A DNA stretch of 64,000 bases. Source: Alphaproteobacteria bacterium. GTDB taxonomy: Bacteria > Pseudomonadota > Alphaproteobacteria > UBA828. The notes under the pieces were generated by a model that was not told the origin of the DNA, did not search any database, and worked only from the letters and a program-made list of their open reading frames with translations. The stretch spans positions 64,001 through 128,000 of the forward strand of contig CBDCQT010000006.1 in the NCBI GenBank assembly GCA_965220745.1, read 5' to 3'. The position numbers were made by a program, and so were the translations under genes. Below are positions 19,678 to 28,400 of this stretch, in pieces; position 1 is the first letter of the stretch, and each line of letters starts with the position of its first letter.

Positions 19678-20394
19678 GTAACTGCCCAGGTCCGGGGTTT
19701 GGCATTTGCTGACGAGTTGGGCTGTCCGTTTGCCAGAAAGAATGCGGAATTGGGCGGTGAAAATAGAGAATCGGCTTGCTCCGGTGCTGTGAGAATTGCT
19801 CCGCCCGCCTGCCCAGCCCCGGAAATCCCCGGCTGCGCAGCTCACGCCGTCGCGTTCAGTACCGCAGCGCGGCCAGCGCTGCCTCCGGCCCGCGCAGCAA
19901 CGTCTCGAAGCGGTTCCAGCCCTGCTTGCCGGCCGTGGACAGCACGCTGCGCAGCGTGGCGAAGTCGCGCGCCCACTGCTCGGACCGGAAACAGCCCGAG
20001 ATCTTCATGCGCAATTTCATCATGCGCAGATCTTGCTCTGCCAAATTTCGTGAACGGCACGTCGGGCTCGTGCAGGAAGCGCAGCACCGACTCCCGGCGC
20101 TTCTCCAGCCGCAACGCCAGGTTGTGTCCCGGCCGCCGCTTCTTGCGCCCCCGCCGCCCACGCTGCGGTGCCCGCAGCGCAGGCTGGGACTCGTGATAAT
20201 CCAGCGCCTTGCGCAGCAACTTGTCATAGCGCGCCTCGATGCTCGCCACCAGCCACGGCGGCAACGGCAGGTCCCGACCCCGGGCTCGCCGCACCACCCG
20301 ATGCGCCAGCCGCAGCAACTGTTGCAGCTGCCCGGCCCAGACTTCCTTGTCGATCTCCACCAGCGCCTGTAACTCGCGCAAATGATGCGCGTTG
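19678..20394 (-). mobile_element. Truncated IS66-family element: right end plus frameshifted transposase C-terminus
   Basis: NAHHLREL...RFLHEPDVPFT[NN]LAEQDLRMMKLRMKISGCFRS, split across two frames by an apparent 2-nt loss near 20046. IS66-type terminus GTAACTGCCCAGG at 19678. Sequence breaks off at 20394. Confidence 0.85.
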
Positions 20395-20461
20395 TTCTTA
20401 TAATTCCCTATTTTGATACAGTACTATTCACTTGCGACAATAAATGTTATATAGTATCATT

Positions 20462-21187
20462 ATGCCTCGGCGCTCCCCCGCTTTGCTCGTCCCGCTGCTC
20501 GCTGCCAGTTCCCCCGTCACGCTCGAACAACTCCAGAGAGCCCTCGGCCATGCCTCCCGCGCCACCACCTTCCGCTACCTCCGCCAAGTCCGCCATATGC
20601 GTAGCTATAACCACAACGGCCGCTTCTACACCGACCCCGCTCGCCAGCGCTTCGACCGCTTCGGCCTGTTCTCCCTCGGCGGCGTCCACTTCTCCCGGGA
20701 CGGTTCCCTCAGCGCCACCGTGCTGCGCTTGCTGGGCGAATCCGACGACGGCTACACCGACCGCGAACTCGGCGACCTGCTGCACGTCGCCGTTTACCCC
20801 TGCCTGCGCGCCGCCGTCCGCCAGCAGCGTGCCCACCGCGAGCGCCTCGGTGGCGTCTATGTCTACTTCTCGGCCGATCCGCCGACCGCCGAGCAGCAGC
20901 GGCGCGCCCGCCAGACGCGCCTCCACGCCCGCCCGGCCGACACGCTGGAGCCGGCCGTCATCATCGCGGTGCTGCTGGCGCTGATCCGCCATCCCGGCTC
21001 CCCGCCCGGACAGCTGGCGCGCCACCTGCAGGGGCACTCCCCGCCGATCCCGCTGGTGCAGGTCCAGGCCGTGTTCGAGCGCTTCGAGCTGCACGGGATC
21101 GGCGAAAAAGGGGGGCTACCGCCTGCTGACGCTGCTGAGCGTGTGCTTGAACTGGGCCGAACGCTCCCAGCGCAGGACAAGTCCTAA
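20462..21187 (+). CDS. HTH-type ORF, probably ORF1 of an unclassified IS-like element whose transposase is missing
   Basis: HTH-like LEQLQRALGHASRATTFRYL, SYNHNGRFY, HFSRDGSL motifs; AT-rich promoter-like leader at 20395-20461; GAAAAAGGGGGG run at 21104-21115. Abuts the truncated IS66. Confidence 0.6.
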   Translation: MPRRSPALLVPLLAASSPVTLEQLQRALGHASRATTFRYLRQVRHMRSYNHNGRFYTDPARQRFDRFGLFSLGGVHFSRDGSLSATVLRLLGESDDGYTDRELGDLLHVAVYPCLRAAVRQQRAHRERLGGVYVYFSADPPTAEQQRRARQTRLHARPADTLEPAVIIAVLLALIRHPGSPPGQLARHLQGHSPPIPLVQVQAVFERFELHGIGEKGGLPPADAAERVLELGRTLPAQDKS

Positions 21188-21445
21188 TCCATCTAAGCCA
21201 ATTCATTACAAGGACTTTCCCTCGATTCTGGCCCGCAACGTCGGTCTACATCACAGGCCGCAAGCCTGCTGACCTTGCTGGATCGGTCTATGGTGGAGCT
21301 TGCGGTTCGGGACGCCACACGCGGGCAATCCCGGGCATTCATTCTGGATTCTCGTCGTTTCGGCCCGTCCTGCTTGCGAGGGGGTAGCGGCTCGACCCAG
21401 TCGCCGGTGTCGGCTAGCTATAGTGGTCATCGTCAAGTCGGGGGA

Positions 21446-21601
21446 ATGATGGACGCTTTTCGGGAGTGGCTGCAATCCAGCCTAGGGCTCGGGCCTGTGA
21501 TCCAGGATGTGCTCCTTTTTCCCTTCCTTGCCGTCTTTCTCGTATGGGCGATCGGTAGCGCCGTCCTCGCGATTCTCTTCTTGAAGGTCAAGGCAGCGGA
21601 G
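21446..21601 (+). CDS. MscS-family mechanosensitive channel, exon 1 (52 codons)
   Basis: GGGGGA RBS, then MMDAFREWLQ...TM helix...LKVKAAE ending exactly at the intron 5' GTGCG. Confidence 0.85.
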
Positions 21602-23518
21602 GTGCGCCAGGCAAACTGGCCAATGTTAGGAGGTGAAAGTCCTCTGCGGTAAAGGATGAGCTGATCCATACTGCTCCCCGAGCCGTGCGGTCGCTCCCGT
21701 GAGGGAGCGGGCGAAGCGTCGGCAGGGGCGCATGCGGGCAGGGCTATCGAGCGTCGAAATCCTTGACATCTGGAGAGCCGAGGCTGTCTTTGCGGTCGAA
21801 GGCAATACCTCACGGTGCGCTATAGCTAGTGCCGGGAGGGCTCCACGGCGTCGAAGAACCCAGGCACGTATGTACGACAGAGGTTGGGACCTGGGAGGCC
21901 TTCGGGTCGTCCCGGCGGGTCGTCGCCGGGACCGTGAAGGGAAGGACAGGAGTCCAGACTGGAGATGCACGACCTGAAGGAGTCAGACTCGGCCATAGTA
22001 GCGACGAGTCCCGGGAACAAGGCGGCGGGAGCCGTGGCGGACTGGGAGGAGCGAAGGGCCGGGACCAACGAGAATCCGGGAGGCCGAAGCACGGTCCGCA
22101 CGCAGGGGCGGGCAGCCGTGTCACAGGGGGCCGAGCGGATACGGCAATGCATGACGAGGAATCCAAAGGAGAAGCTCACTGCGCTGCTGCACCACGTGAC
22201 GCCGGAGACGCTGCGAGCCGCCTATGACGCGCTGAAGCGCGAGGCGGCACCGGGCGTGGATGGCATGACGTGGGACAGGTACGGGGAAGGGTTGGACGAG
22301 CGGCTGCTCGAACTGCACGACCGCGTGCATGCAGGAACGTACCGAGCGACGCCGTCACGGCGGGTGAACATTCCGAAGCCGGACGGCGGCACGCGACCGC
22401 TGGGGGTGGCCGCACTGGAAGACAAGATCGTCCAGAAGGCCGTTGTGGACAATATCCTGACGCCGATTTACGAGGCGCAATTCCTCGGGTTCAGCTACGG
22501 GTTCCGGCCCGGGCGGGGCGCGCACGACGCGCTAGACGCCTTGGCATACGGGATCGAGAAGCGCAAGGTCAACTGGATACTGGATGCCGACATCGCCAAG
22601 TTCTTCGACCGCATCGACAGGGACTGGATGCTCCGGTTTTTGGGCGCGCGGATCGGAGACCAGCGGCTGATCAGGCTGATAGGAAAGTGGCTGCGCATGG
22701 GTGCCATGGAAGACGGCCAACTGGTCGACACGGGCAAGGGGACGCCGCAGGGGTCGGTGATTTCACCGGTCCTCGCCAACATCTACCTGCATTACGTACT
22801 CGATCAGTGGGTCGGGCGGAAGTGGCGACCGCGGGAAGCACGCGGCGAAATGATCTTCGTGCGGTATGCCGACGATTACGTGGCGGGCTTCCAGCATCGG
22901 AAGGACGCGGAACGGTTCCTGAGGGACCTGAAGGAGAGGCTCGGCCAGTTCGGACTGGAACTGCACCCGGACAAGACCCGCCTGATCGAGTTCGGACGGT
23001 TCGCGATGGCGGACCGGAAGAAGCGCGGGCAGGGACGCCCGGAAACGTTCGATTTCCTCGGCATGACGCACTATTGCCGACAGACGAGGAAGGGACATTT
23101 CGGGCTGGGGCGCAAGCCGGTGGCGAAACGCATGAGCCGGACCCTGAATGCCATCCGGGCCAAATTGCGACGTCGCATGCATGCGGACACGCTGGAGACC
23201 GGGAGATGGCTGGGACAGGTGCTGCGAGGCTGGTACAACTACTTCGCGGTGCCGACCAGCTACCCGTACCTGGCCAGATTCGAGCAGCGCGTAAAGCGGG
23301 AATGGCTAACCATTCTGCGGAAACGGTCGCAAAAGGACCGGTACCCGAGGGAGCGACAGGACCGGCTGTGCCAAGCCCTGTGGCCGCCCGTACAAGTGCT
23401 TCACCCGTGGCCAGACCAGAGATTTGCCGTCAAGCATCGGAGGTAGGAGCCGAGTGCGTTAACGCGCCTGCTCGGATCTGTGCGGGGGGAGCTGGGTAAC
23501 CGGCTTCCCTACCGCGAT
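21602..23518 (+). mobile_element. Complete group II intron (1917 nt), probably IIB / bacterial class E-like
   Basis: 5' GTGCG; domain V GAGCCGAGTGCGTTAACGCGCCTGCTCGGATC at ~23447-23478 with AGC triad; domain VI with bulged A; 3' end ...CCGCGAT. EBS1/EBS2 candidates pair with the exon 1 end. Confidence 0.92.
21965..23446 (+). CDS. ltrA: Group II intron reverse transcriptase/maturase without an endonuclease domain
   Basis: LTALLHH, APGVDG, IPKPDGGTRPLG, SYGFRPGR, GTPQGSVISP, RYADD, FDFLG, X domain ending HPWP. Start may be slightly downstream. Confidence 0.95.
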   Translation: MHDLKESDSAIVATSPGNKAAGAVADWEERRAGTNENPGGRSTVRTQGRAAVSQGAERIRQCMTRNPKEKLTALLHHVTPETLRAAYDALKREAAPGVDGMTWDRYGEGLDERLLELHDRVHAGTYRATPSRRVNIPKPDGGTRPLGVAALEDKIVQKAVVDNILTPIYEAQFLGFSYGFRPGRGAHDALDALAYGIEKRKVNWILDADIAKFFDRIDRDWMLRFLGARIGDQRLIRLIGKWLRMGAMEDGQLVDTGKGTPQGSVISPVLANIYLHYVLDQWVGRKWRPREARGEMIFVRYADDYVAGFQHRKDAERFLRDLKERLGQFGLELHPDKTRLIEFGRFAMADRKKRGQGRPETFDFLGMTHYCRQTRKGHFGLGRKPVAKRMSRTLNAIRAKLRRRMHADTLETGRWLGQVLRGWYNYFAVPTSYPYLARFEQRVKREWLTILRKRSQKDRYPRERQDRLCQALWPPVQVLHPWPDQRFAVKHRR

Positions 23519-24895
23519 CGCAGGGCCCGCTTGCGCACCGTGTCGATCTATGTGGCGGTCATGCTGGGCGCAGCGCTCTTCAGCAGCGTTTGGCTAGCCA
23601 GCATTCGCCAGATGGCAGGGCTGTTCGGCGATCGAACCCCCGACGAGATCGAGCGCATTCAGGCCCACATTAACGGTCTCTTCTATGCGATTGTCGCCAC
23701 CGCTGCCTTGGTCCTGCTGCTGCGATTTCTTCGCAAGCTGCTGGAAGTCTTCGTCGAGCGCGCGAAGAGCTGGGCCCACGGGGGCCAACCCGTCCGCTTT
23801 CGCGGGCTGGACTTGATCAGCCGTGACCGCATCCGCGACTCGGTCTTGCTAGTCGCCCGAGCAGCGAGAGTCCTCTTGGCGCTCTTGCTGCTCTACATCT
23901 ACGTGCCGCTCGTCTTGAGTTTTTTCCCCGTCACGGCGCCATTCGGCGACCAACTGTTGCACTACGTCTTGCGGCCGGCCACCGAAATCGCTAGGGCCGC
24001 AATCGGCTACCTGCCCAAGCTGTTCTACCTCGTTGTATTGGTGCTTGTCGCACGGTATTCCCTCAAAGCGTTGCGGTTCCTGCTGAACGCAGTCGGCAGG
24101 GGCGATCTAGTGGTCGGCGGCTTCGACCAGGAATGGGCCGATCCAACCTACAAGCTGATCCGGATCCTGATGGTAGTGTTCACCCTGATGATCGGATACC
24201 CCTACCTTCCGGGTGCGGAATCCGAGTTCTTCAAGGGATTCTCGCTGTTTGTCGGCGCTCTCGTCACACTCGGCTCCACGGCTGCAATCGGAAACATGGT
24301 TTCCGGGGTGATTCTCACCTATACGCGGGCCTTTCGCATCGGGGACCGGGTGCGCATCGGGGACGCCGAAGGTGACGTCTTGGCGAAGTCGCTCTTCGTG
24401 ACCCGGCTGCGAACCATCAAGAACGAGGAAATCACCGTTCCGAACGGCTTGGTTCTGGGCGGAATGGTGGTCAACTACAGCAATGCTGCGAAACGAAGCG
24501 AACTCGTCCTCACGACCGAGGTAGGCATTGGCTACGGTGTCCATTGGCGCCAAGTCGAGGAATTGCTCAAGGCGGCTGCAGCGAAGACTCCCGGAATCCT
24601 CTCCGATCCCGAACCCTTCGTCTGGCCAAACGCCCTCGGGGATTTCGCGGTGACGTATGAACTCCACGCGTACACTGATCGTGCCGAGCAGATGGGCGGC
24701 ACCTACGCCGCGCTGCGCCGCAACACGCTTGATGCGCTGCATGACGCCGGCGTGGAGATCATGACGCCCGACGTCCAGGCGCTTCGGGACGCGAGCCGAT
24801 CCGCGGTTCCCACCGAAAACACTCCCGGCGGCATTGATGCCGGTCGCAGCATTCGAGTCGATGTCTCGGGCCGAACGCGTTCCGAAGACAACTGA
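23519..24895 (+). CDS. MscS-family mechanosensitive channel, exon 2
   Basis: Multiple TM helices, GNMVSGVILTYTRAFRIGDRVRIG, TRLRT..NEEITVPN, GIGY. In frame with exon 1 after splicing. Confidence 0.9.
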   Translation, partial: RRARLRTVSIYVAVMLGAALFSSVWLASIRQMAGLFGDRTPDEIERIQAHINGLFYAIVATAALVLLLRFLRKLLEVFVERAKSWAHGGQPVRFRGLDLISRDRIRDSVLLVARAARVLLALLLLYIYVPLVLSFFPVTAPFGDQLLHYVLRPATEIARAAIGYLPKLFYLVVLVLVARYSLKALRFLLNAVGRGDLVVGGFDQEWADPTYKLIRILMVVFTLMIGYPYLPGAESEFFKGFSLFVGALVTLGSTAAIGNMVSGVILTYTRAFRIGDRVRIGDAEGDVLAKSLFVTRLRTIKNEEITVPNGLVLGGMVVNYSNAAKRSELVLTTEVGIGYGVHWRQVEELLKAAAAKTPGILSDPEPFVWPNALGDFAVTYELHAYTDRAEQMGGTYAALRRNTLDALHDAGVEIMTPDVQALRDASRSAVPTENTPGGIDAGRSIRVDVSGRTRSEDN

Positions 24896-25116
24896 GCGGT
24901 AGTCAGCGTTCCCGATCGGCCGCCGGACCACCGGGCATCAAGCCACGGTTGATTGGTTTGGGGTTATCCAGAAAGCTTGTCAAAACCACGGCAACCGCCT
25001 GTTTCCTCGGCCCGCGATTCGGTATGCTCTCGCTGGCCGCTTCCTCCCGAAGAACACTCGTTGTTCCTCGGCAGTCAGACGGGTGAACCGCCGCCTAAGC
25101 CGGAGGCTGCTTCGGT

Positions 25117-25177
25117 CGCCTGTCACTTCCCGTTTCGCGGCAATTGCGCCAGACCGCCGGTCGGGAAGTGACAGGCG
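25117..25177. repeat. 16-bp perfect inverted repeat CGCCTGTCACTTCCCG/CGGGAAGTGACAGGCG
   Basis: Arms at 25117-25132 and 25162-25177 in a ~580-nt intergenic region. Confidence 0.7.
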
Positions 25178-25477
25178 GCAGGCGCGTCGAGCCGCCCCCG
25201 AGCCCTCGCCGGCGCAACCACGCCCGCGGCGCCGGCAGCGGCGTTCGCGGGGGGTCTGCGCGGGCAACAAGGAGGCACACCCCTCCGTGCCATCGGCAGT
25301 TGGTGAGGCGGGCGCGACGGTGCGCACTCGCAACTCGGTCCAGACCGCGCTAAGCCGAAATCTCCGTGGGCACATACGCGGGCGTATTTCGCGCTTGCCC
25401 TCGGCGCTCGCGATAATGGGCTCGGTCGCTGCGGCCCAATCCGGTCGTGGTTTCTGGCGGACAGATCAAGATCATCG

Positions 25478-28400
25478 ATGGCAATCCAGCGCTGGCGTGA
25501 TGGGGAGGGTGTAGGGAAGCGTCTGGCGGCGCATGGCCTTCCCGGCCTTCTGTCAATTGACGTCGAGGGCACAGAGAACATCGGCGCGGTCGGAGCGATA
25601 CGCACGGACCGCTCGACCGTCTTCACCTGGCGCGGCCGCAACGGCCGATTGCGCACGGCCCTCGCAGCCCTCGATGAATTCGCCGCAGGTGCCTCGTATC
25701 TGGTCGGCCACAACATCATCGAGCATGACCTCGAACTCCTCGCCCGCCACGCGCCGAATCTGAAGCTGCTCGACCTGCCCGCCATCGACACGCTGTACCT
25801 GAGCCCGCTGGCGTTTCCGGAAAACCCCTACCATCGCCTCGTCAAGCAGTATCAGGAACCGGCGCTCGCGAGAGTGCAGGTCAACGATCCTCTGCTGGAC
25901 TCGGAGCTGACGCTCGAGCTCCTCGCCGATGTCGCCGATGCACTGCGATCAAAGGACGCGGACCTGCTGCTGGCTTGGCACGCGCTGCTCGCCACGGGCG
26001 TCAAGGGGCACGCCTTCGACCATCTCTTTCGCACGATCCGGGGCACCGAATTGACGCCGCTTGTCGAGGACTCGATTCCCGCGATCGCGAAGCGCCTCGG
26101 GGCGCGCGGGTGTCCGAACCAAGCGGCCCGCCTCGCCCGCGACGCGCTCTCTCACCCCCTCGCGCTCGCCTATGTGCTGGCGTGGCTGCCGGCGGCCGGA
26201 GGCAATTCCATCATCCCTCCCTACGTCGAGCACCGGTTCGCACCCGGGGCGCTCGCAACGAAGCTCCGCGACGCCCATTGCAGCAACCGCAACTGCTCAT
26301 GGTGCTCGGAGCATCTCGACGCTGAAACAGCACTCAAGCACTGGTTCGGTTTCTCGGGCTTCCGGGAGCAGCCCCGCAGTCAGGACGGCAAGAGCCTTCA
26401 GCGCTCAATCGTCGAGAAACACCTTGCCCGCGAGCACGTCCTCGGGATCCTTCCCACCGGGACCGGCAAGTCCCTGTGCTATCAGCTCCCGGCGTTGATG
26501 CGCTACGAGGCGACAGCGGCGATCACCGTCGTCATTTCGCCGTTGGTTGCGCTGATGGCCGATCAGGTCGCGGCCATGCGGCGCCAGCGCATCACTTGCG
26601 CCACCACCATCAACGGCCTCATCTCGATGCCGGAACGGGCCGAAGCGCTTGCCCACATCCGACTCGGCGACGCAGGGATCGTGCTGGTCGCTCCCGAGCA
26701 GCTCCGCAACCGTTCGTTCCGAAGGGCGATCGCGGGACGCCGGATCGGCGCCTGGGTCGTGGACGAGGCGCACTGCCTTTCGAAGTGGGGCCACGACTTC
26801 CGTCCCGACTACCGCTACGTCGCGCGCTACATCGCCGAGCATCACGGGGCGGACTCCGCGCCGATCCTGTGCCTCACCGCGACCGCAAAGCACGATGTCA
26901 TCGAAGACATCCGCCAGCACTTCGAGCAGACCCTTCAGGCGCAGCTCGAGGTCATCGACGGCGGGGCGGAACGCCGGAACCTGGAGTTCGTCGTCATGCC
27001 GACTTCGGCATCGCAGCGGATCGAGCACATCCATGGTGCGGTCGAGGACGCGCTCGGGCGCGCGGGCTCGGGCGGGGCCATCGTCTACTGCACGACCAAG
27101 CGAAGCACCGAGGAGACCGCCCAGGCGCTCGCCGACCGGGGGCTCTCCGCCCAGCACTTTCACTCCGGCCTATCGCCGGAGCGTAAACGCGAGATACAGC
27201 GTGGCTTCCACGACGGCGAGATTGACGTTGTGGTCGCCACGAACGCGTTCGGGATGGGCATCGACAAGTCCGACGTTCGCGGGGTCGTGCATTCCGAGAT
27301 TCCGGGCTCTCTGGAGAGCTATCTTCAGGAAGCCGGGCGGGCGGGGAGAGACGGAGCCCCCGCGCATTGCCTGCTGCTGTTCGAGCCCGGAGACGCCGAG
27401 CAGCAATTCTCGCTCACCGCGCGTTCGCGCCTTGAGCGGCGCGACATCCAAGCGGTGCTGCGTGCGATTCGCCGCCTGGACTCGCGCCGCCGGCGCCACC
27501 ACGCCGACAGCGGGGATTCCGTCATCGCGACCGCGGGAGAGATTCTTCTCGAAGACGATGACGGTGAGTTCGCGCGCGACAGCGCGACCGACGACGACCG
27601 GGTGCGCACCGCGATCGCGTGGCTGGAGGAATCGAAGCTCGCGCGGCGCGACGAAAACCACACGTCCGTCTTCCCCTCGTCGCTGCGCGTCTCGAATTTG
27701 GCCGCCGCACGAGAACGCATCGAGAGGGAGGGCCGCAGACGGAACATTCGAAGCGCCACGCGCACGCAGATGCTGCGCGTCGTGCAAACCCTGACGCATG
27801 CGGAACCGGACATCGGTGTCTCCACCGACGAGCTGATGAACGAGTGCGGTTGCTCGATGGGACAGCTCCGAAGGGTGTTCAGCACGCTACAGGAGATCGG
27901 GGTTGCGTCGAACGACATGCGCATCACCGTCTATGTCCACGCCGGCGTCGAGAACGCCTCGCCCCGGCGCCTGACGTTGGCCCGTGAGCTGGAGCAGGCC
28001 CTCATCGCGGAGCTACGCGAGGAGGCGCCCGACCAAGACATCGACACCTGGACGCGCCTTGCGCTTCGCCCTCTCGCCCAGCGCCTTCGCGAGAAGGACA
28101 TCGAGAACCCGCTGCCCGAACGGCTGGTACGGCTCCTTCGCAGCATTTCCGGGGACGGCCGCGACGAGCCCGATGCCAAGCGCAGCATCGAGATCCGCGC
28201 CCGCGACATGGAGACCATCGGAGTGCGGCTGCGCCGGAACTGGGCCTCCATCGATCGCATCGCGCGGCTTCGCCGCGACGGCGCGGCCCGGCTGCTCGAA
28301 CATCTCCTCGGCAAGGTGCCTGACGGTGTCCGCGGGGTCGATTTGCTGGTGGAAACGACCTACGGGGCGCTGGAGCGGGCCATCAAGGACGACCTGGTAC

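Noticed and set aside
21965-23446. RT as a retron, DGR or defence-associated RT
   Set aside because: Maturase X domain and complete intron ends with DV/DVI identify a group II intron; no TR/VR pair or msr-msd seen.
23480-23518. ORF-track start of the MscS gene at 23480
   Set aside because: Lies inside intron domain VI; the true N-terminus is exon 1 at 21446.
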